A DNA stretch of 20,000 bases from an uncultured virus (IMG/VR IMGVR_UViG_3300025789_000033) (IMGVR_UViG_3300025789_000033), one strand, 5' to 3'; shown: positions 1 to 7,608, counted from the stretch's first letter. The notes: generated from the letters alone by a model not told the origin. Translations and numbers: made by a program.

Positions 1-3000
1 CAAACGTTGGAGTAGTTCTTGAAGCAATGCCGTTGGTTAATAACGATGTGACACCGTTAAACAAACTAGTAATTGTAGAACTAATAATTGTATTGTTAAT
101 TACAGAGAATGTTGAATTAACATAGGTAACTTCAGTTGACTCAATTGTTGCTTTTTCTGCTAGAATAGCAAGTCTAGCTGTGTTTAATGTAGAGCTAGCA
201 TTACTAGTAGTTGGAGCATATAATGTTGGTGTTGGCGTACTAACACTGCCAACAATACCTGCAATAGTTGTTATGTTGTTTGCTATCGAAGTGCTAACAA
301 TGTTAGCATTACCTAATGTTTGATTGATGTATTGGTATACACTTTGTTGATAAACAGTTGAAGGTGATACGTTATTGATAATTGCTTGACACAATGTATT
401 AATATAATTAATAGAAGCAATAGTAGCCGTCTGCTCATATGAAGCAATTTGTAGGGTATTACCGATCCAATATTGAAGGCCTGCGTATACGCTTTGGCTG
501 TTACCGCCATACATAAAGTCATAGATCAAACTCCACACTATAAACTTAACATCTCGTTGGCATGTAGTTGAGCTATAACTTAATGTTGGATAGTTGACCA
601 ATAGGAAGGCAACAATTTCAGCTTGAATAAATGATAAGTTATTCAATAATAAATCTCTTGCACTAGTCACACCAACATTTGATTGATATGTTTCTATTAA
701 GAATAATATTACGTTTGCTTGAACAGTTGATAAACCATTTAGAATAATTGTTCTTGATGAACTGTTGGCCGCATAGGTAGTACCGTTAGCATATGTTGGA
801 ACAACTAGTGTAGGCCCACTAGCAACCCCACCATTGATAATAGTAATGACGTTAGTTACTAGTGTGCTTGCGGCAGCGGTTGCAGTACCGGTTCCGGCAC
901 TTGTTGATTGTACTGTTGTATTTCCAGTGGTTCTAGAATATAATGTTCCTGGAATAACAGATGCGATTACAGAGTTCAAATGTGTATATGCACTGGTAAC
1001 TGATGAAAGTTCTGTAGAAATAGTGTTTACATTTGTGCCAGTGAAATAAGCATCGGCAGCCGCGACGGTAGCAGTATTACCACTGTAGATTAAATCAAAT
1101 GTTATAGCATCAATGATGTATCCAGTGTCACGTCGGCAATTTGCCTCGTTATACATCGAAATGCTACCAGGATTAAGGTTTGCATTGATGTATGCAATGG
1201 TTTCATCGATTAAAAACTGTCGGTTGTTTTGTAATTGCTGAGCACTAATATTAATGCCCGCAGTAGGATTATTATAAGTCCAAGTTATACTTGGCGCACC
1301 ACTAGTGCTGACATTATTGATAATAGTAGTAATCACACTCATACTGGCTGTAATGGCAGCGATAGCGGCAGTATTAGTTGGAATCAAGCCAATGATTTCA
1401 TCACGAGCAAAGTTAAGACCAGCAATAGTCTGCGCCTTTTGAGAAGATGTTACTACAGAACTATAACTTCTAATATAGGCAAACGCGGCAGTAATTGAGC
1501 GATAATTAGTACCAAATATTAAATCGTCTAGTACAGCATTAACAATAATACCAACATCTCGACTACACTTTGATTGATCAAATGTAAATGTTGAATTATC
1601 ATTAGTAGTTGGCAATGCACCAAACACAACTGCAGGAAGACTTCCACCTGCAATGATACCTTGAATAAGTGCAATACTGTTTTGTATTGATGTAACAGCA
1701 GATGGTAGATTTGCAAAAGATGCATCTGAAGTGATAGTATTCGCAAGATCTGATAATGTTGCGGATACTTGACTTGGTCCAGTTGTAGAAACAGACATTA
1801 TACCTGCATGTGTGGTAAGCACAAATGGTGATCCACCTGCTGACAAACTAATTTTAATATTTGCACTGTCTACTATAGACTGAATGTAATAGGTTGTTCC
1901 AGAAACAATATTACCAAAACTTGTTCCTGTGAATGTAATAGGACTACCAACAATCATACCTAGTGTTGATAATACTGTTACAGTATTAGTAACTGATGTA
2001 GTGTTAACCGTTGAAGTATTAACTATAGTAGCGGCAGTGTCTAAACCAGTAGCCGCTACATTAAAGTTTCTCGCAACTTGGATGCTTCTTAGATTTGATC
2101 CAAAGATCATATCATATAGGATTGCATCAATTACTTGACCTAAGTATGTTTGAGTATTAGCAGTGCTGTAAGAAAAGTTAAGAACTTGATTTTTAGCATA
2201 GTTAACGGCATCAATTATTTGAGTTAAATTGTTGCTAAGTATGTCACTGTTATATGCATTAAACAATATTGATGCTTGTGTTGTAGAGTTAAAATTTGTA
2301 CCTAATACAGTATCATATCCAACAGCATCAACAATATTTGAAATGATGCTAGCCCATCTAGACTTGTCAAATGTAAATGTGTTTACATATTTCTTGTTAA
2401 GATAAGCAATGGTTTCAGCTTGAATAAAAGATTTATTTGCTTCTAATATAGCTGCCGCATCTGTATAACCTACTATTCCGCTATTACCGCCAGTAAGGGT
2501 AATACTCTGTATTGTACTAAAAGTTTGTGTAGGTCCAATTGTATATGCGATTCGTTGTCGATATGGTCCAGGTTCAATTGATGATAATGCAATAAGATTT
2601 TGTGCTTGTAGAGCTGCCGCACCTACAGTTTTATAAGCATACTGCCACGCACGACCTTCGCGTCCTGCAGGAGTTCTAGTTTGTAAATCGTCTCCGTTAG
2701 TTTTAACGTATAAATTTGTTGTGCTGTAGTTTGTATTGTTATCTACATAAAATTTTGTAGCAGCCTGTAAGTCATCAGCGCCATTAGGAGTACCAGCGCC
2801 AGCCATTGAACCAGGATGATCGTTTAGATTTAATTTCCCGGTCATTGTATCGCCACCGCGATATACGGTGTGCTTACGTTGCATTGCTTCAGTACTTACA
2901 TAGTTACTGGTTAAAGTTGCATCGTAATCGATATCAGATGTTTGCGGAGTAGCTGGTTCTTCACGAATTCTCAATGCCTTGGCAACTACACCATTATATG

Positions 3001-3490
3001 TTCCTACATAATTATTATCAGCATAATTCTTTGTAACTGCCAGTTGCCCAATGGTAGTAGTAATATTTTGTGAAGCATATAACGCATTGAAATCATCAAC
3101 TATCTGCTGGCTTGGGTCGCCTAAATTACCAATACTAAACTGATTTGCGTTGATACTTGCACTTAGCGTTGGACTAGGATCATTGTTTAATCGAGCACTT
3201 AGAGCCGCAATTGTAATTTTTGTAGGGTCTGAAGTAGTAATACCAATACCAGTTCCTGCAACAATAGTTCTAGCACTTAGTGATCCGCCAGTAGTATCGG
3301 CCATGATAATTTGATTGGCACTATATGTCGATGGAGCATCAGACAAATTAGTGAATCTAATAGTACCACCTGCACCAAAAATAGCATATAACTCGTTAAA
3401 GTTACTGTTTACCTTTTGGAAACTTGTACGGATACTGTCACCAGTTCCGTCATTACCTTGTACGCCAATATCAATTATTTGTTGTGTCAT
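1..3490 (-). CDS. Very large virion structural protein (baseplate/tail-associated), 3' end beyond the window, >1160 aa
   Basis: Not in the ORF track because no stop lies in the window. ATG at 3490, 2 nt after the erpA stop, with GGAG upstream. Translates MTQQIIDIGVQGNDGTGDSIRTSFQKVNSNFNELY, the T4 gp9/gp10-type N-terminal motif. Also contains GDTMTG and AATKFYVDN fibre motifs. The same frame was open wherever I spot-checked it, down to base 2 (...GIASRTTPTF). Confidence 0.85.
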   Translation of the reverse strand, partial: MTQQIIDIGVQGNDGTGDSIRTSFQKVNSNFNELYAIFGAGGTIRFTNLSDAPSTYSANQIIMADTTGGSLSARTIVAGTGIGITTSDPTKITIAALSARLNNDPSPTLSASINANQFSIGNLGDPSQQIVDDFNALYASQNITTTIGQLAVTKNYADNNYVGTYNGVVAKALRIREEPATPQTSDIDYDATLTSNYVSTEAMQRKHTVYRGGDTMTGKLNLNDHPGSMAGAGTPNGADDLQAATKFYVDNNTNYSTTNLYVKTNGDDLQTRTPAGREGRAWQYAYKTVGAAALQAQNLIALSSIEPGPYRQRIAYTIGPTQTFSTIQSITLTGGNSGIVGYTDAAAILEANKSFIQAETIAYLNKKYVNTFTFDKSRWASIISNIVDAVGYDTVLGTNFNSTTQASILFNAYNSDILSNNLTQIIDAVNYAKNQVLNFSYSTANTQTYLGQVIDAILYDMIFGSNLRSIQVARNFNVAATGLDTAATIVNTSTVNTTSVTNTVTVLSTLGMIVGSPITFTGTSFGNIVSGTTYYIQSIVDSANIKISLSAGGSPFVLTTHAGIMSVSTTGPSQVSATLSDLANTITSDASFANLPSAVTSIQNSIALIQGIIAGGSLPAVVFGALPTTNDNSTFTFDQSKCSRDVGIIVNAVLDDLIFGTNYRSITAAFAYIRSYSSVVTSSQKAQTIAGLNFARDEIIGLIPTNTAAIAAITASMSVITTIINNVSTSGAPSITWTYNNPTAGINISAQQLQNNRQFLIDETIAYINANLNPGSISMYNEANCRRDTGYIIDAITFDLIYSGNTATVAAADAYFTGTNVNTISTELSSVTSAYTHLNSVIASVIPGTLYSRTTGNTTVQSTSAGTGTATAAASTLVTNVITIINGGVASGPTLVVPTYANGTTYAANSSSRTIILNGLSTVQANVILFLIETYQSNVGVTSARDLLLNNLSFIQAEIVAFLLVNYPTLSYSSTTCQRDVKFIVWSLIYDFMYGGNSQSVYAGLQYWIGNTLQIASYEQTATIASINYINTLCQAIINNVSPSTVYQQSVYQYINQTLGNANIVSTSIANNITTIAGIVGSVSTPTPTLYAPTTSNASSTLNTARLAILAEKATIESTEVTYVNSTFSVINNTIISSTITSLFNGVTSLLTNGIASRTTPTF
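490..2450 (-). repeat. About five degenerate protein-level repeats (FIxxExxAY...CxRDxxxIxxAxxxDLxxGxN) within the large structural protein
   Basis: Manual translation gives CQRDVKFIVWSLIYDFMYGGN (Cys 560-562), CRRDTGYIIDAITFDLIYSGN (Cys 1136-1138) and CSRDVGIIVNAVLDDLIFGTN (Cys 1565-1567), plus Cys-less copies YLGQVIDAILYDMIFGSN and ISNIVDAVGYDTVLGTN. Confidence 0.8.
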
Positions 3491-3492
3491 CT

Positions 3493-3816
3493 TTATACTC
3501 CGAAACTGCTACCGCAGCCGCATGTGTTTGTTGCGTTTGGATTCTTTATAGTAAAACTACTACCCATTAACTCTTCTTTATAATCTATCTCAGCACCAGT
3601 TAGATACGTCATGCTCATTGCATCTATTAGTACTCTAAATTCATCTAAGGGGATTTCAAAATCGTCTTCGTTCGCTACTTCATCTAAGGTAAAACCATAA
3701 CTAAAACCGCTACACCCGCCGCCTTGCACGAAAGTTCGTAGTGCTAAATTTGGGTTTCCTTCGTCATAAAGGATATCTTTGATTTTTGTTTTTGCTGATT
3801 CTGTAATTGTAATCAC
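3493..3816 (-). CDS. erpA: A-type Fe-S cluster carrier protein (ErpA/IscA/HesB family)
   Basis: GGGCSGFSY and C-terminal CGCGSSF signatures. The start is probably GTG at 3816 (MITITESAK), with GAGG upstream, rather than ATG 3852. Confidence 0.93.
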   Translation of the reverse strand: MITITESAKTKIKDILYDEGNPNLALRTFVQGGGCSGFSYGFTLDEVANEDDFEIPLDEFRVLIDAMSMTYLTGAEIDYKEELMGSSFTIKNPNATNTCGCGSSFGV

Positions 3817-3836
3817 ACTTGTAGCCCTCGATTGAG

Positions 3837-3873
3837 TATTTATCAATACCATTTTATAACCTTAATGTAAATA
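3837..3873. promoter_or_regulatory. Divergent pair of T4-late-like TAAATA promoter motifs
   Basis: GATAAATA on the minus strand (core 3837-3842) before erpA and the structural gene; TAAATA on the plus strand (3868-3873), 5 nt before ATG 3879. Confidence 0.6.
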
Positions 3874-3878
3874 CAAGT

Positions 3879-4166
3879 ATGTACATTGGAACTGAATTTC
3901 GAGAGAATCATTACGTGCGAACTAGCAGTCGTGGGAAGACCCATACCTATAGTCGTAAAAAAACCGTATTGGTATTACGGTGTGATTGTTGCGGAGAAGT
4001 GTTTAACCGAGATAAGGGTAATATGGATCCTAATAGGTTAAACAACAACTTCTATCATGTATGTGGTGATTGTGATGCTAAGAAATTTGCACAAAGCAAA
4101 GGCATCGAAAGCAAGCATATTTGGGATATGCCTGTTAGTAGTCTTAAGACGCTAGGCCAACTCTAG
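3879..4166 (+). CDS. Small putative zinc-ribbon protein
   Basis: 95 aa with CDCC and CGDC pairs and a basic N-terminus. Fills the gap between two minus-strand genes and has TAAATA upstream. Confidence 0.7.
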   Translation: MYIGTEFRENHYVRTSSRGKTHTYSRKKTVLVLRCDCCGEVFNRDKGNMDPNRLNNNFYHVCGDCDAKKFAQSKGIESKHIWDMPVSSLKTLGQL

Positions 4167-4975
4167 CTTTTGTAATCTGGATCGCCTGGATGTATTTGAC
4201 TATATCCACGCTTCCATTCTTTTCTATATTGATCAGCTGGAATAAGTCCAGAAAAATCCAATTTCTTAGCAACTCTATCTTTGAGTTGCGGGTAAAGTTT
4301 TTGTATATACGCTTTATCTTTACTGCGAGGACCTATTGTGGTATAACTTCCCGGCTCAGTTTCATAACCTACATACCACTCGGTAGGTGCAGTCTTTCTT
4401 GGAGGATTACCGCTGGTAAATCCGTTGTCATGTATTTGTAATTTTTTAGGATCTGTATAATCGTTCTGCGGTTGGGGACCGGTATCATCAGTCGATTGAG
4501 CTAAGGGATTTTTACCTTCTTTGCGCCACGGTGTAATTTTTACACCTGTCGCACGAGCATGATCAAAAAAACCTCTGGGGATTTTTAAGTCAGGATCATA
4601 TTGGATTTCGACTACAAATGGTGATTTTATAGGAATAGGTTTAAATACCTGTTCTTCTGTTTCATATTTGTAATGCATCATAGCACCGACTTTAGGAACT
4701 ACTTTGTAGCCGTGCTGACGTAGAGCATTTTTATCTATAACAAATTGAGCCACACCATGCCCGTAGGGAAAATGCAAGTATTGATTACGAGTTAGACTTA
4801 TGCGTGGAATAGATTCTTCACCATTTTCTTGATCCATATCTTGATCAAAGTCAAAGGGCTCTTGAGGTTTTAAAGCACCACTTTTTAATATCTTCATCAT
4901 AGTAGGGCCGTCTGGCACTCCGTGATATAAGAATTGATCGTTTACACCTTCGTCTAATATTTCTCGGATTTTCAT
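4163..4975 (-). CDS. Hypothetical protein with putative ADP-ribosyltransferase-like N-terminal domain
   Basis: 270 aa. LYHG ... ISLTR ... ETEEQV spacing resembles the ART-fold H/S/E strands. N-terminus is MKIREILDE. Confidence 0.55.
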   Translation of the reverse strand: MKIREILDEGVNDQFLYHGVPDGPTMMKILKSGALKPQEPFDFDQDMDQENGEESIPRISLTRNQYLHFPYGHGVAQFVIDKNALRQHGYKVVPKVGAMMHYKYETEEQVFKPIPIKSPFVVEIQYDPDLKIPRGFFDHARATGVKITPWRKEGKNPLAQSTDDTGPQPQNDYTDPKKLQIHDNGFTSGNPPRKTAPTEWYVGYETEPGSYTTIGPRSKDKAYIQKLYPQLKDRVAKKLDFSGLIPADQYRKEWKRGYSQIHPGDPDYKS

Positions 4976-4981
4976 AATATA

Positions 4982-5545
4982 TTATTTATTTTCTAGACCA
5001 ATCCTACTTGAGATAATATTCCAGTTCATAATTTTCCACTGGTTATTGAGATATGATTTTTTGTCACTTCCGTAATCGAATTGAAACGAGTGTTCCCACC
5101 AATCAATTAAGAGTACAATATCCATCTTAATTTCGTGATTTTTAATAGTTTTAATCTTACCATCGCGAGCTAGATATACCCAACCACTGCCCTGTATTTT
5201 CATTGCTTCTTTTTCAAAAGCATCTGTAAACTTATCAAAAGTCCTAAAGTGTTTAGTGATAAACTCTCCAGCAGATCCGTCTGGTTCGTTTGATCTACTA
5301 GGTTTTTGAAACTGTGTAAAGTATATGTCGTGTAAGAACGCACCAGCTTCATTAAAATCAGCATCACCTTCACCGTCATTAAAACGGGTAACATAGGCTT
5401 TATATAACTTGCCATAATGATAGTTAATAGTATCCACACTCATACTAGGTTCTAGATCGTCCTTGGCATAGGGCAACTTGGTTTGAACTAGGGTTTTAGG
5501 ACTTTTACCTTCGTTTAGAGTGATATGCTTAATAAAGTTGTACAT
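4982..5545 (-). CDS. Fe/Mn superoxide dismutase family protein
   Basis: LPYAKDDLEP, NYHYGK, FLHDIYF, GSGWVYL and DWWEH motifs; the four metal ligands (H, H, D, H) are present. Confidence 0.92.
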   Translation of the reverse strand: MYNFIKHITLNEGKSPKTLVQTKLPYAKDDLEPSMSVDTINYHYGKLYKAYVTRFNDGEGDADFNEAGAFLHDIYFTQFQKPSRSNEPDGSAGEFITKHFRTFDKFTDAFEKEAMKIQGSGWVYLARDGKIKTIKNHEIKMDIVLLIDWWEHSFQFDYGSDKKSYLNNQWKIMNWNIISSRIGLENK

Positions 5546-5549
5546 AATG

Positions 5550-5568
5550 ATATTTAGCGCATAAATAT
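5550..5568. promoter_or_regulatory. Back-to-back TAAATA late-promoter-like motifs (palindrome ATATTTA-gcgca-TAAATAT)
   Basis: Minus-strand core 5551-5556 lies 5 nt from the SOD ATG. Plus-strand core 5562-5567 is followed by AGGAG and ATG 5587. Confidence 0.6.
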
Positions 5569-5586
5569 TCTACAGGAGATTTAACT

Positions 5587-5814
5587 ATGTTAAAATTTAT
5601 TAAAAGTTTTTTTGCTAAAAAACAAGCGGCAGTTGCAGAAGTGCCTTACAAGGTAGAAGTTGCTCCAGTAGTAGAACCAACACTAGTTGCAGTTCAAGCT
5701 ACAGAAGCAATGGTCGAATCAGTTGCACCTGCTAAAAAGCCACGTAAGCCTAAAGCAGAAAAAGCACCAGCTGTTAAAAAGCCACGTGCTCCAAAAACGC
5801 CTAAAGTAGTTTAA
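5587..5814 (+). CDS. Small Lys/Ala/Pro-rich basic protein
   Basis: 75 aa with an AGGAG RBS; C-terminal PAKKPRKPKAEKAPAVKKPRAPK tail of histone-H1-like composition. Confidence 0.75.
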   Translation: MLKFIKSFFAKKQAAVAEVPYKVEVAPVVEPTLVAVQATEAMVESVAPAKKPRKPKAEKAPAVKKPRAPKTPKVV

Positions 5815-6826
5815 GTTCTTTAGCCTGCTCATAAAGAGCAAAACTTGCAAGGTTTTTACCTTTGGATTCGCACATGATATCGTGCGAGTTTAAAAAGCTC
5901 AGAGCCCATTCGTTAGTACTTTTATTCCAATAGAAGTCAGAGTGTGCTCTGAGCTTTTGCTTTTTGTAACCTGCTGTTAATAGTTCAGCATGACGGGGCA
6001 TTATGCTAGTGTCATGATCCACGAGATAATCTTCACGAGATACTGAATAATGCATAGTAGGGCGCAAACCGCGCCAACTGTCCACGACACGCATAACACG
6101 ATGATCTTGGTTACTGATATATTCCCCTTCACGTATCCAATGATGGTGAATATCAAGCACAATAGGAACGATATCGCTAATAGTAAGACAGTCATCTAAC
6201 CCCCATGAGTTTTCTTCGTTTTCAATTGTAATACAGTTGCGGGCCTCTGGCGATAGTCGTTGGTACGCACGGCGGATACCATCTGGACCTTGTTTACCCG
6301 AGATGTGGACATTGATCTTAAAGTCTTGAAATGACTTACCGTAGCCCATGAACCTTGCCATATCTGCATGATATTCAAACTCCTCTATGGAGCGACCAAC
6401 AATGCCTGGATTATCACTTGCCAAGACAGTAAACTGACCAGGATGAAAAGACAACCTAACATTGTGCTTACGAGCAACATCACCCACTTCTCTAAAATGC
6501 CGCTCGCAGTAGGCCACGACGTCAGCACGATGCCAAAAATAACTCCAATCAGCTTGAGTATATACAGGTAAAATATCACTACTAATACGAACCATACGTA
6601 AATGTTCATTCAAAGTTCCTACTCTAGTTACAAGTTTTCGGGTAGATTCGATGTTCTGAACCATTAGGTCCCACAGTTTTTGTTCTGCTACTTCTTTAGT
6701 TTGGCGATTAAGCCAAGCTACTGTAGTACTGCCTGTGTTGTATTGTTTAGCATCGTCATTTTTGTCGATACCGTTAACCTGATGAGGATGGTCAATCCAT
6801 TTACATGCGAAGCCTATACGTTTCAT
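5801..6826 (-). CDS. uvsE: UV damage endonuclease (UvsE/UVDE)
   Basis: RIGFACK, RISSDILP, RLSFHPGQF, TIENEE, LDIHHH and AHSD motifs. The real start is likely ATG 6826 (MKRIGFACK), overlapping the upstream TAA. Confidence 0.92.
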   Translation of the reverse strand: MKRIGFACKWIDHPHQVNGIDKNDDAKQYNTGSTTVAWLNRQTKEVAEQKLWDLMVQNIESTRKLVTRVGTLNEHLRMVRISSDILPVYTQADWSYFWHRADVVAYCERHFREVGDVARKHNVRLSFHPGQFTVLASDNPGIVGRSIEEFEYHADMARFMGYGKSFQDFKINVHISGKQGPDGIRRAYQRLSPEARNCITIENEENSWGLDDCLTISDIVPIVLDIHHHWIREGEYISNQDHRVMRVVDSWRGLRPTMHYSVSREDYLVDHDTSIMPRHAELLTAGYKKQKLRAHSDFYWNKSTNEWALSFLNSHDIMCESKGKNLASFALYEQAKELKLL

Positions 6827-7008
6827 TACCAATGCCTTATGACGCCTGCGATTATAAAAGTGTTTGTAAGTACATATGATAACACAATTAGGGTACGAAT
6901 GCAAGCAATTCGGTCTGATTCTTTGTCCGTATTGCCTGCTTTCTCACCTAATGCTTTGGCCCAAATGCGCCAAAAATACTTAACCTTCGTATGTAGCCGA
7001 ATTAGCAC
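6826..7008 (-). CDS. Small predicted membrane protein (WRIWAKALGEK...IIAGVIRHW)
   Basis: Fills the queD-uvsE gap exactly, with its stop overlapping the uvsE ATG, and has a hydrophobic C-terminal segment. Start uncertain; the nearest in-frame GTG is at 7008, inside queD. Confidence 0.65.
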   Translation of the reverse strand: MLIRLHTKVKYFWRIWAKALGEKAGNTDKESDRIACIRTLIVLSYVLTNTFIIAGVIRHW

Positions 7009-7507
7009 CGTGTTCAAATACTTCAACTGATTTAATCCTAACGGTTGGATTGATTGGGTAACGCATATCACCAGACGCTAAAAGCTCAGCCATTTTGTCA
7101 TAGCACATTTTGGCAAACATTTCACAGCCTACTCCCGGTACAATGCGTAGATCACAGATACCTTGACGGCGGTATGGTTCAACTTGAACACGATCTGGAT
7201 TGCCATCGTGCTCTGGATTACTGCTCCAGCCTGACATTTCTTTAAAACGATCTAACATTGGATCATCTTCTGCAATAACCAATGTGTGATCGAACATAGA
7301 GTCTGCCCACGCTTTGAATTCTTTGAGTCCACCGAAGTCCATGCACCAGTTTTTATCATCTAGTGTGTCACATTCAAAGATTAGTTTAATACCAATTGAA
7401 TAACCATGCAATGTCGAGCAATGACTGTGTGTGGCACGCCATTGTCTAAAACAGCATGAAAGTCCGCGGTCATTACCGTATGTTTTTGTTGAGTAAAATT
7501 TTGCCAT
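6980..7507 (-). CDS. queD: Divergent 6-pyruvoyl-tetrahydropterin synthase / QueD family (T-fold) protein
   Basis: CSTLHGY, MDFGGLK, FDHT, CEMFAK and VEVFEH motifs; AGGAG RBS. Confidence 0.85.
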   Translation of the reverse strand: MAKFYSTKTYGNDRGLSCCFRQWRATHSHCSTLHGYSIGIKLIFECDTLDDKNWCMDFGGLKEFKAWADSMFDHTLVIAEDDPMLDRFKEMSGWSSNPEHDGNPDRVQVEPYRRQGICDLRIVPGVGCEMFAKMCYDKMAELLASGDMRYPINPTVRIKSVEVFEHGANSATYEG

Positions 7508-7577
7508 TGTTATCTCCTAAAAGTAGCAATGACATGCAGAGTTTATATTGCGGGATGAATGCCTAAGTCCGCATATA
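7502..7577 (-). ncRNA. Candidate cis-regulatory RNA (preQ1-I-like H-type pseudoknot) in the queD leader
   Basis: UGCGG/CCGCA stem, loop ending CAUC, A-rich linker AUAUAAAC, loop GGCAU complementary to downstream AUGUC, and an alternative helix UGUCAUUG/CAAUGGCA over the start codon. Confidence 0.5.
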
Positions 7578-7580
7578 GTA

Positions 7581-7608
7581 ATTATACACTTTTATAGTGT
7601 AAGGTCAA
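7581..7608 (-). promoter_or_regulatory. Sigma70-like promoter for queD-orf-uvsE
   Basis: TTGACC-16 nt-TATAAT; a TACACT-n5-AGTGTA inverted repeat spans the spacer and overlaps the -10. Confidence 0.7.

Noticed and set aside
313..3551. Short ORFs in the track (313-522, 834-1049, 1235-1498, 1528-1746, 1929-2138, 3315-3551)
   Set aside because: They are shadow or alternative frames of the single large minus-strand gene starting at 3490.
6827..6904. N-terminal extension of UvsE in the ORF track (also the extensions of erpA to 3852 and of 18716 to 19063)
   Set aside because: Family-typical starts with RBS or coupling lie downstream, and the extensions overlap other genes or promoters.
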